Of a stretch of 64,000 nt of DNA, positions 18,932 to 30,186 are shown piece by piece. Each line of letters begins with the position of its first letter. The first letter of the stretch is position 1. Source of the stretch: an uncultured Gemmatimonadaceae bacterium (GTDB taxonomy: Bacteria; Gemmatimonadota; Gemmatimonadetes; Gemmatimonadales; Gemmatimonadaceae); assembly GCA_963790305.1 (NCBI GenBank), contig CAWBOC010000005.1, positions 736,001-800,000 on the forward strand, read 5' to 3'. A program made the translations under genes and the position numbers. The notes below the pieces were generated by a model that searched no databases, had not been told where the DNA came from, and worked only from the letters and a program-made list of their open reading frames with translations.

Positions 18932-19411
18932 ATGGCGCTAACCCTCGAGTCATCCGTCTTCACGCAAGGCTCGGCGATCCCTCGCCGCTACACCTGTGAT
19001 GACAAGGACCTTTCACCGCCACTCCGGTGGTCCGGGGCTCCCGACAAGACGCGAAGCTTTGCGCTCATCGTCGACGATCCCGACGCGCCCGATCCGGCGG
19101 CGCCACAGCGGGTGTATGTGCACTGGGTGCTCTACGATCTTCCACCCTCCGTCACGAGCATCGAGGAGGACGGAGAGGGGCACGCGGTGAAGGCGGGCGC
19201 GCGGCAGGGCAAGAACGACTGGTCCCGCACCGGCTACGGCGGTCCGTGCCCGCCCATCGGTCGCCACCGCTACTTCTTCAAGCTCTACGCGCTCGACACG
19301 ATGCTGGGGGACCTCGGAAATCCGACGAAGAAAGATCTGGAGAAGGCGATGAAGGGCCACATTCTCGGCCAGGCCGAGCTCATGGGGACGTACCAGCGCG
19401 GCGAAGCCTGA
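18932..19411 (+). CDS. YbhB/YbcL (PEBP/Raf kinase inhibitor-like) protein
   Basis: SD GGAGG; DDPDAP, HWVLY, GYGGPCPP and HRYFFKLYALD motifs. Confidence 0.93.
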   Translation: MALTLESSVFTQGSAIPRRYTCDDKDLSPPLRWSGAPDKTRSFALIVDDPDAPDPAAPQRVYVHWVLYDLPPSVTSIEEDGEGHAVKAGARQGKNDWSRTGYGGPCPPIGRHRYFFKLYALDTMLGDLGNPTKKDLEKAMKGHILGQAELMGTYQRGEA

Positions 19412-19417
19412 GCGTGC

Positions 19418-19876
19418 CTATTCCAACGGCGCGACCGAGCGCAGCCGCTCGAGAAATCGCTCAGGCTGCTGCGGTGTGAGCATGACGCTGTAGCCGTTGC
19501 GCGTCGGCACGTACACGGTGCGACTCGTCTCGGTGAGATAGACGAGCGCCTTCTCACCGTTGCGGAGACGAAACCAGCCTGCGCGATAGCCGGGAAGGGC
19601 CGTCCCCATCGTGCGCCATCGCGGCTGAAGGTCAGGCGAATTCGCCAGATCGACAATGCGTGCCGCACCTCCGCGCATTGAATCGGCCGGAATCATCCGG
19701 CCGTACAGGTCGCCTCGCAGGCGAAGCCCGTCGTCCGACAGCTCGAACCGGCTGCCGCGGGCGCCGCGTACTGTCGCCAGCAATACTGTCGCGGCGATCA
19801 GCAGGATTACGACAATGACAGCGAAAAACACCCACAGCCCTCGCGACGGCCCCGGAACGATGGCGAAGGATTCCAT
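19418..19876 (-). CDS. Bacterial PH domain membrane protein
   Basis: One TM segment, then RTMGTALPGYRAGWFRLRNGEKA. Confidence 0.8.
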   Translation of the reverse strand: MESFAIVPGPSRGLWVFFAVIVVILLIAATVLLATVRGARGSRFELSDDGLRLRGDLYGRMIPADSMRGGAARIVDLANSPDLQPRWRTMGTALPGYRAGWFRLRNGEKALVYLTETSRTVYVPTRNGYSVMLTPQQPERFLERLRSVAPLE

Positions 19877-19888
19877 GAAGCGGCTGGC

Positions 19889-20089
19889 TCAGTCGCCCTC
19901 GGGAATGACGAGCCAGAGAATGATGTAGACGATCGTTCCCGGGAAGGCGGCCGAGAGGATCGACGCGACCACGAAGATAACGCGCGCGAGCGTCGGATCG
20001 ACCGACCAGTATTCCGCGAGACCGCCGACGACTCCGGCGATCATGCGATTCGAGCGGGAGCGACGCAGCGGCTTTCGCATCTCGACCAT
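19889..20089 (-). CDS. PspC domain protein
   Basis: LRRSRSNRMIAGVVGGLAEY and YIILWLVIP motifs. Confidence 0.9.
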   Translation of the reverse strand: MVEMRKPLRRSRSNRMIAGVVGGLAEYWSVDPTLARVIFVVASILSAAFPGTIVYIILWLVIPEGD

Positions 20090-20154
20090 CGCGTGCCTCC
20101 AATAGGGTCTACATCAACTTCGAGGGACGCTCCGTCAATGTCCAGAGATGGTGC

Positions 20155-20616
20155 TCACCCTTCCCACGTGACGGCGTCTCCGACACGAATCGCCGCGCCT
20201 TGCAGCACTTGCGCGAATGCACCGCCGCCCCACTCAGGTGATAACGCCCTCCGCAACCCGGGAAGTACCTCTTCCATTCGCTCGCACGGTGTGGTCTCGC
20301 CGCCGATGACGACGAGCGCCTGGCCAATGCGGAGGATGCGCCCTCGCGTGTTGGCGAGTGCTATTCCGCCGAGGAGCAGGTTCGCGCGGCGCGAGGAGGG
20401 ATCCGCGTCTCCGTGAAGCTGATTCATGACGCGCTCCCACGTCTCGCGCTCGATCAGCGTGACCTGTCGTCGTCGGCTGCGGTCGACGTTTCCTACCAGG
20501 CCTCGACCTTCGACGAGCTGCGCCTCTTCGACGGCGTCCATGACGCCACGGTGAGCGCGCTTGATCCAGATCGCCTCGAGCTGACCAGGCGCATCTTCGC
20601 GCTGGTGCACACTCAC
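20155..20616 (-). CDS. MOSC domain protein
   Basis: RQVTLI, RRANLL, PCERM and IRVGD motifs. Confidence 0.88.
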   Translation of the reverse strand: MSVHQREDAPGQLEAIWIKRAHRGVMDAVEEAQLVEGRGLVGNVDRSRRRQVTLIERETWERVMNQLHGDADPSSRRANLLLGGIALANTRGRILRIGQALVVIGGETTPCERMEEVLPGLRRALSPEWGGGAFAQVLQGAAIRVGDAVTWEG

Positions 20617-21107
20617 CCTTTCCAGCCCTCATCCGCGGTGGGTCCGTACATCCCGGGAAGCGGGACGTCGAGCAGACGGAGATACACCGTGAGCTGTCCG
20701 CGATGATGGATGAGATGATTGATGTGCGATCGCACCACCGTTCCCCGCGGCGCCGAAAACAGAACCTGCTCGCCGTGCTTCAGCGACCAGCTGACGTCGA
20801 AATCCTTGTCCTTGGCCGAGGCGAGCGCTTCACGTGCTTCGCGCACGTGCTGATCGAATTGCGAGAGCAGCGTGTCCGTCTTCTCGAACGAGTAGCCGGC
20901 CGATTTCGAGAGGTCGATCTCGGTGCCGCGCACCGTCCTCGTCAGCCATCCCGGCATGATCGAGACGAGCTGCGCGAGGTGGCCGAGCGGAAATGACTTG
21001 GGATGCGGCTTCCACTGTCCCTTGTCCGATGGGACGCGCTCGAGGAGGCGCCGCGTAGATGCCATTTCCAGGTCGAATTCAGGGAGCAGCGATTGGCCAA
21101 TGCTCAT
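20613..21107 (-). CDS. DinB family protein
   Basis: WKPHPKS and [29 protein letters not shown] motifs; start MSIGQ. Confidence 0.9.
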   Translation of the reverse strand: MSIGQSLLPEFDLEMASTRRLLERVPSDKGQWKPHPKSFPLGHLAQLVSIMPGWLTRTVRGTEIDLSKSAGYSFEKTDTLLSQFDQHVREAREALASAKDKDFDVSWSLKHGEQVLFSAPRGTVVRSHINHLIHHRGQLTVYLRLLDVPLPGMYGPTADEGWKG

Positions 21108-21254
21108 TGAGGCGAGATTGCTCGGGTCAAGAAGGGCGGACTCAACGGCTTTCGCGGAATCTACGACCAGTGGCGACCTCGCGCAGGCGACGGAGCATGG
21201 GCGATTCGGCACCGGGATTGCTCTTCCGGGAGGCGAATTCCGCGAGGAGAACAT

Positions 21255-21857
21255 ATGGTGAAGCACCGGACGGTTCTCGGGACGGCAATGGCCTGTTTGC
21301 TCATGACGAGCGCGGCATGCAGCCAGCTCGGCAGCATTCTCGAGGGCGTCGGCGGCGCCGGCTCGCCGCAAGGCGGCAGCCAGCTGAGTGGATATGTCGA
21401 AGGTGTCGACACGCGAACGCAGCAGATCGCGATTCAAACGTCGGGCGGACAGCGCGTGATGCTGCTGTTCGACAATCAAACCGCGGTCGTCTACCAGAAT
21501 CAGAGCTACCCGGTTACGTCGCTCGAGCGGGGCGATCAGGTGACGGCGCGCGTGCAGAGCACGAGTGGCGGTGCGTACTACACCGATCTGATTCAGGTCG
21601 ACCAGTCGGTGTCGAGCAGCGGGTCGAGCTCGGGATCGGGCAACGTGCAGTCGCTTCAGGGCGTTGTTGGGCAGATCGACAGAACGAACGGAGCATTTCG
21701 TCTGGACGGCAACAACGCGTCGGTGATCGTATCCATGCCGTACAACCCTCGCCAATCGGACGTCAACCGGTTCAACAGTCTGCGCGTGGGTGATCAGGTG
21801 CGCTTCTACGGCGTGTTCCTCAACAATTCGCGCGTAGAGCTTCGTCAGTTCTATTAG
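21255..21857 (+). CDS. Lipoprotein with two OB-fold-like repeats (DUF5666-like)
   Basis: SD GAGGAG; lipobox-like SAAC; duplicated G.V..VD...L..GDQV units. Confidence 0.75.
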   Translation: MVKHRTVLGTAMACLLMTSAACSQLGSILEGVGGAGSPQGGSQLSGYVEGVDTRTQQIAIQTSGGQRVMLLFDNQTAVVYQNQSYPVTSLERGDQVTARVQSTSGGAYYTDLIQVDQSVSSSGSSSGSGNVQSLQGVVGQIDRTNGAFRLDGNNASVIVSMPYNPRQSDVNRFNSLRVGDQVRFYGVFLNNSRVELRQFY

Positions 21858-21983
21858 GCACTACGTGATCGGCGGCGGGAGCTACGTCACACGACGTATG
21901 TTTCCGCCGGCCGGTCGGTCCTACCCTGGGCTTCCCCGCACGACGCAGCGCATTCGCTGCTGTCCCCGAGCCCAGAGGTCACC

Positions 21984-23117
21984 ATGTCCCGCACTCGCTA
22001 CCTCCTCGCCGTCATCGCGGCCGGGACTTTCGCATCGGCGTGCGACAGTCTCTCACCGACTGGCATCGGCGGTCCGTACTTCAAGTCCGAAAACGGGGAC
22101 GGAGCCGGCCAGTTTCTGACGCTGATGACGCAGAACACGTTGCACGGCACGCAGATCGGCATTGTTCTCAGCGCGCCGGCGGCGCAGGTCCCGCTCGCGG
22201 TTGGCCGCGCCTACGCGCTCGTCCCAACTTCGGAACCCGCCGATCGGATGAGCCGGATCGCCGATCAGATCGCGGTATCCAGGCCGGATGTCGTCGGCTT
22301 GCAAGAGGCGGTGAAGTGGCTGGCGCAGAGGCCGGGTGACTTCCTCGTTGGAAACCCCGTTCCCGCGACGACCGTGGAGTTCGACCTCGTCGAGCTCATC
22401 GTCGATGCGTTACGCGCCCGCGGCGCGGACTACCGCGTGGCGATCATCGTCGACAACACCGACATCGAGCTCCCCGGTCTGCCGCCGAACACCCTGCCGC
22501 TGCCGCAGAACTTCTTCGACGTGCGGCTCGTGGACCGTGTGGCGATCCTCGTGAGGAGCGACGTCGAGTTCTGGAATGCGCAAGGCGGAAACTACGACGC
22601 CGGCCTCCAGCTGCAGATTGGCCCGGTGCAGAGGAAATTTCTGCGCGGGTGGGCGTCCATCGACCTGAAGATCCACGGTCGCACGGTTCGGTTCCTGACG
22701 ACGCACCTCGAGACGCAGGACGCGCCACCGGTGCAGGTCGCGCAGGCGAACGAGCTGCTCGCGATCGTCGAGCGATCGCCACTCCCCGTGGTCATGGCCG
22801 GCGACTTCAACTCGGCCGCCAACGCATCGGCGCCGGCGAGCACGAAGACGGCCACCTATGGGACGCTACTCTCCGCCGGCTTCCAGGATGCATGGACGGA
22901 TGCCTATCCCGGCGATGAAGGTCTCACCTGCTGCCACGATGCATCGCTCGTAAACCCTGTCGTGAGCTTCGATCAGCGACTCGACCTCGTTCTCACGCGC
23001 GGGTTTGGTACCAACGGCGAGGGAGCGGTCGTCTTCGAGGAGCTGCGTGATTTCGCCGTGACGAACCGATGGCCGTCCGACCACGCGGGCCTCTTGATGG
23101 CGGTGCGGCTGCCGTAG
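21984..23117 (+). CDS. Endonuclease/exonuclease/phosphatase family lipoprotein
   Basis: MTQN, DVVGLQE, THLE, GDFN and WPSDH motifs; lipobox ASAC. Confidence 0.9.
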   Translation: MSRTRYLLAVIAAGTFASACDSLSPTGIGGPYFKSENGDGAGQFLTLMTQNTLHGTQIGIVLSAPAAQVPLAVGRAYALVPTSEPADRMSRIADQIAVSRPDVVGLQEAVKWLAQRPGDFLVGNPVPATTVEFDLVELIVDALRARGADYRVAIIVDNTDIELPGLPPNTLPLPQNFFDVRLVDRVAILVRSDVEFWNAQGGNYDAGLQLQIGPVQRKFLRGWASIDLKIHGRTVRFLTTHLETQDAPPVQVAQANELLAIVERSPLPVVMAGDFNSAANASAPASTKTATYGTLLSAGFQDAWTDAYPGDEGLTCCHDASLVNPVVSFDQRLDLVLTRGFGTNGEGAVVFEELRDFAVTNRWPSDHAGLLMAVRLP

Positions 23118-23125
23118 ACCCGAGG

Positions 23126-25076
23126 CTACTGCCTCACGATTCTCCACACCTGTGTGCCGGCGACCATGTAGAGCTCGCCGGCACCATCGCGCCCGAACGA
23201 CACCGTGCCTGGAAGCGTGACGCCCACCCAGGCGCGGTGCTCGGTCGCTGCGCCGCCGGCGGTCGATCGAAAGCTGCGCAGCCATCCCCGGCAGTAGTCG
23301 GCGTAGAGGTAGTGACCGGTGAGCTCGGGGATGGCGGTCCCACGGTATACGTATCCGCCGGTGACGGAGCAGCCGTCCGAGTGGAGATACTGATGCGCCG
23401 GAAGGGTGAGCTGCCCGGTCGGATTGCAGCTCGAGGTCGGATTGTAGCAGGCAGTGCCTTCCATGAGACGCCAGCCGTAGTTGAGTCCGGCAGCGTTCGT
23501 GGGTGACACGTTGATCTCCTCGCGCGTATCCTGCCCGACGTCGCCGATGTACAGCAGCTCGGCCGGTGCATCGAACGAGAAGCGCCACGGGTTGCGAAGG
23601 CCCGAGGCCCAGATCTCCGGCCGCGTGCCTGGGCGGTTGACGAAGGGATTATCGGGCGGCACGACGTACGGCGCCGTGCGAACGTCAATGCGAAGCACCT
23701 TGCCGAGCAGCGTCCCCGAGTTCTGTGCGTTGTTTTGAGGATCGCCGCAGCAGCCTCCATCGCCGGGAGCGACGTAGAGCATGCCGTCGGGTCCGAACGC
23801 GATGAGCCCGCCATGGTGATTCTCGCCCCGATGAAGGAACGCGATTACGGTTCCCGCGGTCACGCCGGCGACGTCGCTTCCCGGCGTCGAGCTGAACCGC
23901 TCGACGACCATGTCGCCGAGCAGGTCTACGTAGTAGACGTAGAACGTTCCGGTGACGTCGTAGGCCGGATCGAACGCCATGCTCAGCATGCCGCGCTCGC
24001 CGGTGAAGTTGACGCGGCTCCGGATGTCGAGAAACGGGGTTGCCAGCAGCGCGCCATTCTTGATGATGCGGATGCGCCCGTTGCGTTCGACGACGAACTG
24101 TCGCTCGTCGCCGTCGGGAGCGGCGAGAAAGACTGGCGCCGTGAATCCTTCGGCGACGAGCTCGACGGCGAGCTCCAGTGGCGTGCTTCCATACGCCACG
24201 GTGGCGGCGGTCTCGACGCCGTCGGCGATGACGACCGTTTGACTCGCCGTGGCCGGAGCGTGCGTCGTCAGGTTGCTGCCCACCGTGTCGGCGGTGACGG
24301 TGTACGTTCCGGCCTCGAGATGCTCGAGCGTCGCCGACGCGGTGACGGTTCGCGCAAATCCGTTGGGGCCGGTGACCGAGACCGATCCGCTGGTGCCGGA
24401 TGGCAAGCCGGAGATCGTTAGGTTCAGGGTCGCGCTTCCCGACCCGTAGTCGACGGTCGCTGCGGTGGGGACTGCCGATGCGGTGAGGGACAGCACCTGG
24501 GAGAGAGGCGCCGGCCGATACGTCTTCCCGGCGGCCTGTACCTCACTCGACGTAATGGTGTAGACGCCCGGCGCGAGCAGGTCGATCTGCTGGCTTGCGG
24601 TGACCATCCGCGTGTAACCGCCGGGGCCATTCACGGTGATGTTCCCGGGTGTGCCCACCGGAAGGCCAAGCACGGTGAGCGCAAGTCGTGCCGTGCTGAT
24701 CGCGTAGGTGATCGGGGTAGCGGTCGCGAGCGCTGCCGACGTGACGACGACCGTCTGCGTCGCTGGCGTCGCCGTATAGCGGACGGTGCCACCGGTGGTC
24801 ACGTCCGCCGCCGGTGATGGTGTACGATCCGGGGTCCAACCCCGCGAGCTCCCGCGAGGAGCCCGTGAGGAACTGGAACCCGCCGGGGCCGGCGATCGTC
24901 ACCGCGGCAGATGCGCCCGCTGGAAGACCGGTGATCGTGACGGCGAGTCTGCCCGCCCCAGGCCCCGTGGACCCGCCCTCCCCGCACGCCGTGACGGCGG
25001 CGATCAGGCCCACCACGGCCGTTAGGCGGGCACCCCTCTGTCGCCATGCGCGCCGGTCAGATATGCTTCTCGACAT
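23126..25076 (-). CDS. PQQ-dependent sugar dehydrogenase (GSDH family) lipoprotein with three N-terminal Ig-like repeats; frameshift near 24805
   Basis: ERGMLSMAFDP, HHGG..FGPDGMLY and GLRNPWRFSFD motifs; repeated GLP.G....VTGP.G units; lipobox VTAC. Start approximate. Confidence 0.85.
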
Positions 25077-25091
25077 CCTCTGAACTCTCAC

Positions 25092-25361
25092 ATGTCCGGT
25101 TACGACGATTTCGAGCCTAACGGCGACTCCGATCTCGAAGCCGATCTCGACGATGAGTTTCCTCTCGGCGACGGCACGGTCGACACCGAGGCCACCGTGG
25201 TCTGCCCCTACTGCGCGGAGGTCGTCGCGATCGCGCTCGATCCCGGCAGCGGAGCGGTCCAGGAGTACATCGAGGACTGCGCGGTGTGCTGCCAGCCCTG
25301 GACGGTCCTCGTAAGCTACCACGATGGGTTGGCGGAGGTGGAGGTGCGAGCGCTGGAGTAG
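25092..25361 (+). CDS. CPXCG motif-containing cysteine-rich protein
   Basis: CPYC...QEYIEDCAVCCQP. Confidence 0.88.
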   Translation: MSGYDDFEPNGDSDLEADLDDEFPLGDGTVDTEATVVCPYCAEVVAIALDPGSGAVQEYIEDCAVCCQPWTVLVSYHDGLAEVEVRALE

Positions 25362-25387
25362 CTCGTTCCGGCGCGAGCTTCTTGAAA

Positions 25388-25536
25388 AAAGCGGTCGCAC
25401 AGAGACACACAGAGACATGGCACAGAGACTCACAGAGGAGCTGCACACGGCAACATGCCTTGGAAAAGCTTTTGCCGTTGACGTTCCTCGGTGTGTCTCT
25501 GTGCCATGTCTCTGTGTGTCTCTGTGCCACCGCTTT
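25388..25536. repeat. Long palindrome built of CACAGAGAC units
   Basis: AAAGCGGTCGCACAGAGACACACAGAGACATGGCACAGAGAC... is inverted as ...GTCTCTGTGCCATGTCTCTGTGTGTCTCTGTGCCACCGCTTT; inner stem ACGGCAA/TTGCCGT. Confidence 0.92.
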
Positions 25537-25627
25537 ACGCCTCGTTGCGTGATGAGCTAGATGGCCGGCGACTTCACTCCCGCTCCGCCAGCTCCATTAT
25601 TGACATCAGCCCTCCCGGAGGAACCCC

Positions 25628-26636
25628 ATGTCCGTCCGCGTCTGTCTCGCGCTTGTGGTGCTGGTATCCCCCGCCGGTGCCCAGCAGGAAGCTCGCCCTC
25701 TCCGCCCCGTCGCGACCTACTCCATCGTCGCCCGCGATTCCGTGACCGGGGAGATGGGCGTCGCCGTGCAATCCCACTGGTTTTCCGTTGGTGCGCTCGT
25801 GTCGTGGGCGGAGGCCGGCGTTGGCGCGGTCGCTACGCAATCGTTCGTCGACCCCCGCTACGGCCCGCTCGGCATTCGAGCTCATGCGGCTCGGCCGCTC
25901 CGCCCCGGAGGCATTGCGGGCGCTCGTCGGCAGCGACGCCGATTCCGCCGTTAGGCAGGTGGCGATGATCGATGCCCAGGGTCGCGTCGCCGCGTTCACG
26001 GGGAAGAGGGCGATCCGAGCCGCGGGCCAGCACGTCGGTGCTCAATACTCGGTGCAGGCGAACCTGATGGAGAAGCCCAGCGTGTGGCCCGCGATGGCGC
26101 GCGCGTTCGAGACCACCAGGGGCGATCTCGCGGAACGGCTGCTCGCGGCGCTCGAGGCGGCGGAGCGCGAAGGGGGCGACATTCGCGGTCGTCAGTCGGC
26201 GGCGATACTCATCGTGGGTCCGACCAGCACCGGTCGTCCCTGGAGCGATCGCCGGTTCGATCTGCGCGTCGAAGATCATGCCGCGCCGGTTACGGAGCTG
26301 CGGCGCCTCGTCACCCTGGCGCGCGTCTACCAGAAGCTCAACGAGGGCGACGAGTGGGTGACGAAGAACGACATGCCGAAAGCGGTGCAGGCCTATGGGG
26401 CGGCTACCAGCATCCTGCCCGATGCTGCCACGAATGGCGAAGCGGTCTTCTGGACCGGGATCAGCCTCGCCAGTGCCAAGCGCGTCGACGACGCGATTCC
26501 GTACCTTCGCCGCGCGCACGCCGCGGATGCACGGTGGGCCGAGCTCGTGACCCGACTCCCCGAGGTTGGGCTCCTCCCCAACGACAGCGCGCTCGTCAGG
26601 CGGCTCGTGACCGAGATGAAGCGCCCGGCACGATGA
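25628..26636 (+). CDS. DUF1028 (Ntn-hydrolase-like) protein with C-terminal TPR-like region; frameshift near 25871
   Basis: [27 protein letters not shown] and DLRVEDH motifs. Confidence 0.88.
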
Positions 26637-26861
26637 TCACGCGGCCGGCGGTGGTGGCACCAGCGAAATCTCGCCGTCGACGTGAAACTCCTTCAGCACG
26701 CCGGGGATGGTGAGCGTGGCGCGAACCGGTAGGACCTCCGTTCCCCGCAGGGCCCCGGTCGCGAGCGCGCTCTCGACGGCGGTTTCGATCTCGCGTTGTG
26801 CCGTCACGCCAAAGCGCTTGAGGAACTTCCGAAGCTCGAGGTTGAAGACGTCAGGGTCCAC
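26637..26861 (-). CDS. Small conserved protein (DUF6494-like)
   Basis: FNLELRKFLKRFGVTAQREIE; SD GGAGG upstream. Confidence 0.75.
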   Translation of the reverse strand: MDPDVFNLELRKFLKRFGVTAQREIETAVESALATGALRGTEVLPVRATLTIPGVLKEFHVDGEISLVPPPPAA

Positions 26862-26885
26862 GGGTGTCCTCCATGTCGTCGCGCC

Positions 26886-27590
26886 TCACTTCTGCGCGGG
26901 CGTTAGCTCGAGCATGCGAAAGGCCCGATCGGTGATTTGACCGTTGCTCGCGCGCTTGGCCTCGAAGTAGAGCAGGGTCCGATTGTTCGCTTCCAGCTTC
27001 CCCAGGACGAAGCTGGCCGCGACGCCGTTGCCGGTCGCCTCGTCGACATCGGTGAGCTTCCATTGCGATCCGGTCCACCGTCCGGTGACCCGCTGGTCGT
27101 CGTTCGCCTCGACGAGGCTGAAGTCGCCCAGCTGGCCGAACTTCGTGCGCACCACGCGCGCGACCGTGTCGATCTCGACACCGTTCACTTCGGGGAACGC
27201 CGTTCCGCCCTCGAGACGCCACCCGTTAGGTATCGTCGCCACCCGAAGCGTGCCTGTCCCGCCGCGCTGAACGACGAGGGTTTCGGCCAGCGATAGCATT
27301 TCCTTGTACTCGGCCTCCGAAATACCCATCCGCGCATCGTACGCCATGGGCTGTCCTTCCGGCGTCGCCTGCGCGTGTGCTCTGAACCACTCGGTGTTGG
27401 CGCGAGCGGCCGCCTGAATCCGCGTCGCGAGCTCCGTGAAACGCGGCGGCGCCCCCACCTCGAGCACTGTGACCTCCACCGGACCGACGGAAAGCAGCTC
27501 GCGAAACGCAACCGTACGCGTCTGTGCGGAACCGAGCGAAGCCGCGACGACGAACAGCGCGGAGTGCAGTGTGATGGCGAGACCTCGCAT
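26886..27590 (-). CDS. Hypothetical secreted protein
   Basis: SD GGAGG; signal peptide MRGLAITLHSALFVVAASLGSA. Confidence 0.75.
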   Translation of the reverse strand: MRGLAITLHSALFVVAASLGSAQTRTVAFRELLSVGPVEVTVLEVGAPPRFTELATRIQAAARANTEWFRAHAQATPEGQPMAYDARMGISEAEYKEMLSLAETLVVQRGGTGTLRVATIPNGWRLEGGTAFPEVNGVEIDTVARVVRTKFGQLGDFSLVEANDDQRVTGRWTGSQWKLTDVDEATGNGVAASFVLGKLEANNRTLLYFEAKRASNGQITDRAFRMLELTPAQK

Positions 27591-27612
27591 GGCGACCTCC
27601 GTGGTAAGTGCG

Positions 27613-28023
27613 CTACACGACGCGATCGGCAGACTGACGCAGCCGCGCCGCGAGGATCTGCACGCGCTCGTTGAGATGTGGATGCGCGACGAGATTGAAA
27701 TGGGTGAGGACTTTGGCGTCGGTGATGTCCCGATCGGCGGCGAGCTCATCGGCGATCGCGCGCGCGAGCTTCGGCCATTCCTTGATCCCAATCGGACCAG
27801 GCGGCCAGCCGTGGTTCCGCGCGTGCACCCAGCCGTCCCAGAACGTGAGCGCAATGTGCAGCCGCCCGAGCTCCGGCGCCGTCCCGCGTGGGAATCGGTG
27901 CTCGAGCGCGTCGAAGCGGCGGCCGACCGCGTCGTACTGCTCCGCGTCATGTGCCGTGGCGTCCTGACGGAGCTGCGTCACGAGCGCGTCGCGCGCTTCC
28001 TGATAGGTCATCATCGAAGCCAT
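27613..28023 (-). CDS. Hypothetical protein
   Basis: 136-aa ORF with protein-like composition (LTFWDGWVHARNHGW). Confidence 0.7.
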   Translation of the reverse strand: MASMMTYQEARDALVTQLRQDATAHDAEQYDAVGRRFDALEHRFPRGTAPELGRLHIALTFWDGWVHARNHGWPPGPIGIKEWPKLARAIADELAADRDITDAKVLTHFNLVAHPHLNERVQILAARLRQSADRVV

Positions 28024-28126
28024 CGCGCGCCGCCAGGAAAAGGGCCCTCGACCCGTCGCTCAGGTAGAACAAAGCGGCCGCCGGGCATTCCCTCAAGTAT
28101 ACAGCCCCAGTCAGCTACATTTCATT

Positions 28127-29416
28127 GTGCCCTTTGGATCATTCAAGCTCCACCCCGATCTCCTGCGAGGGGTGAAAGAGCTCGGCTTCGTTCGTCCGAC
28201 GCCCATTCAGGCGGACGCCATTCCACCGGCGATCGCCGGCCGCGACGTATTGGCGTGCGCAATGACCGGAAGCGGCAAGACCGCTGCCTTCCTGCTCCCT
28301 GTTCTCAACCGGCTCCTCACGCGGCCGCGGGGCGCTACGCGCGCGCTGGTCGTGACTCCCACGCGCGAGCTGGCGGCGCAGGTGCTCAAGGAGCTCGAGG
28401 ATCTCGCCGTCCACACCCCACTCACGGCGGCGGCAATATTCGGCGGCGTTGGAATGGGGCCGCAGGAGCATGCCTTCCGCAGCGGCGTCGACGTGCTCGT
28501 CGCTACTCCGGGACGACTGCTCGATCATCTCACGCGGCCGTACGCGAAGCTGGACCGCATCGAGTTCCTCGTCCTGGATGAAGCCGACCGAATGCTCGAC
28601 ATGGGCTTCCTCCCCGACATCCGGCGGTTGCTCCGATATCTGCCCCGCAAGCGGCAGACGCTCTTCTTCAGCGCGACAATGCCGGATCCGATCCGCATCC
28701 TTACCCAGGAGATGTTGCACAATCCTGCGACGATCAATCTCGATCGCAAGGCAGCGCCCGCGGTTGGCATCACCCAGGCGGTCTACCCGGTGGCGCAAGA
28801 GCTGAAGTCGCGCCTTCTGCACGAGCTCCTTCGGCGCGGCATCATGCGCGAAGCGCTGGTGTTCACCCGAACGAAGCACCGCGCGAACCGGCTGTGGGAG
28901 TTTCTCGGCAAGCAAGGGATCTCGGTAGCGCGCATCCACGGCAACCGCTCGCAAGGTCAGCGCACCGAGGCGCTCGATGGGTTCAAGAACGGTCGTTACC
29001 GCGTGCTGGTCGCCACCGATATCGCGGCGCGCGGGATCGATGTCGAAGCGTTGGGGCACGTCGTCAACTTCGACGTCCCCGCCGCCGCCGAGGACTACAT
29101 CCACCGCGTTGGCCGTACCGCGCGCGCCGAGCTGACGGGCGAGGCGTTCACGTTGGCGTCGCCGGATGAGGCCAATGAGCTGCGCTCGATCGAGCGTGCC
29201 ATCGGGAAACCGCTGCTCCGCGTGACACTTCCTGATTTCGACTATGACGCCAAGCCCACCGCAAAGCTCGAGGTTCCGCGAGGCGAGCGCATTGCTGAAA
29301 TTCGCGCGCGGCGCAATGCGGAGCGTGCGCGGTCGAAGGCGAAAGCGGAACGCGCGGTAGTGGCGCCGGCCGCCGGATCATCTCCTCGCGGGCGACGTCG
29401 GCGTCGGCCGCGCTAG
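28127..29416 (+). CDS. DEAD-box RNA helicase (RhlE-like)
   Basis: Q motif, TGSGKT, PTRELA, DEAD, SAT and HRVGRTAR motifs. Confidence 0.96.
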   Translation: MPFGSFKLHPDLLRGVKELGFVRPTPIQADAIPPAIAGRDVLACAMTGSGKTAAFLLPVLNRLLTRPRGATRALVVTPTRELAAQVLKELEDLAVHTPLTAAAIFGGVGMGPQEHAFRSGVDVLVATPGRLLDHLTRPYAKLDRIEFLVLDEADRMLDMGFLPDIRRLLRYLPRKRQTLFFSATMPDPIRILTQEMLHNPATINLDRKAAPAVGITQAVYPVAQELKSRLLHELLRRGIMREALVFTRTKHRANRLWEFLGKQGISVARIHGNRSQGQRTEALDGFKNGRYRVLVATDIAARGIDVEALGHVVNFDVPAAAEDYIHRVGRTARAELTGEAFTLASPDEANELRSIERAIGKPLLRVTLPDFDYDAKPTAKLEVPRGERIAEIRARRNAERARSKAKAERAVVAPAAGSSPRGRRRRRPR

Positions 29417-30093
29417 TCGAAGATCAAGCGCGCAACGTCGGTCTCGAGATTCCAATAGATGATCGCGAGCGCCGTCAGGTCGAACGCGGCGTGAGCCCAC
29501 ATCAGCATCCATAGGCGGCCGGTGATCGCGTAGATCGTTCCGAACACCAGGCCGACGACCACTCCCTGTTGCACGCCGGGGATCCCCTGCTCGAGATAGT
29601 GGGCCAGACCGAAGGACGTCGCGGTGAGCAGCACGATCGCCGCCTTTGCGCCGCGGCCATGTCCGAAAAGCCTTCCTAGCCGCTCGAACAGATATCCCCG
29701 GAATACGGTTTCCTCGCCCCAGCCCGCCCCGACCGTGACGGCGAAGATCATTCCGGGGAGCGCCGCCGTATTTCCGACGAGGTAGTGGTACGCCTGATTG
29801 ATCGGATCGGCGCCGAGCAGTGGCATCACGACCGCCTTCATCAGGAGCTTGAGCGCGGCGCCGAAAACGAGCCCGACGACCGCGTCGCCGATCCAGCTCC
29901 TGGGGCGAACGTATCCGATGTCGCCCCATGGCGTGCGCGACAGATGGACCCACGCCAGCACCAGAACGGCGCTGAGCGGAGCCACGACCAGGTTCCCGGC
30001 GAGGATGGCGAGAATCGCGAGGATTCCGACCGGTCCGAATCCCCGAAGGCGGGCGGCGGCGGCATCGTCGGCCGACGCGCTCACGTCATGCAA
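29413..30093 (-). CDS. CPBP (CAAX/Abi) intramembrane metalloprotease
   Basis: EETVFRG, FGLAH and HAAFD motifs; start approximate. Confidence 0.9.
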   Translation of the reverse strand: MHDVSASADDAAAARLRGFGPVGILAILAILAGNLVVAPLSAVLVLAWVHLSRTPWGDIGYVRPRSWIGDAVVGLVFGAALKLLMKAVVMPLLGADPINQAYHYLVGNTAALPGMIFAVTVGAGWGEETVFRGYLFERLGRLFGHGRGAKAAIVLLTATSFGLAHYLEQGIPGVQQGVVVGLVFGTIYAITGRLWMLMWAHAAFDLTALAIIYWNLETDVARLIFD

Positions 30094-30186
30094 TGCTCAT
30101 GGATTGATAATCCAACCATCAGCAGCGCCTAATCCGAAGCCCGTAAGATTGCGTCGTGGAACGAGACCCTTCCAAGGGGGCAGAAG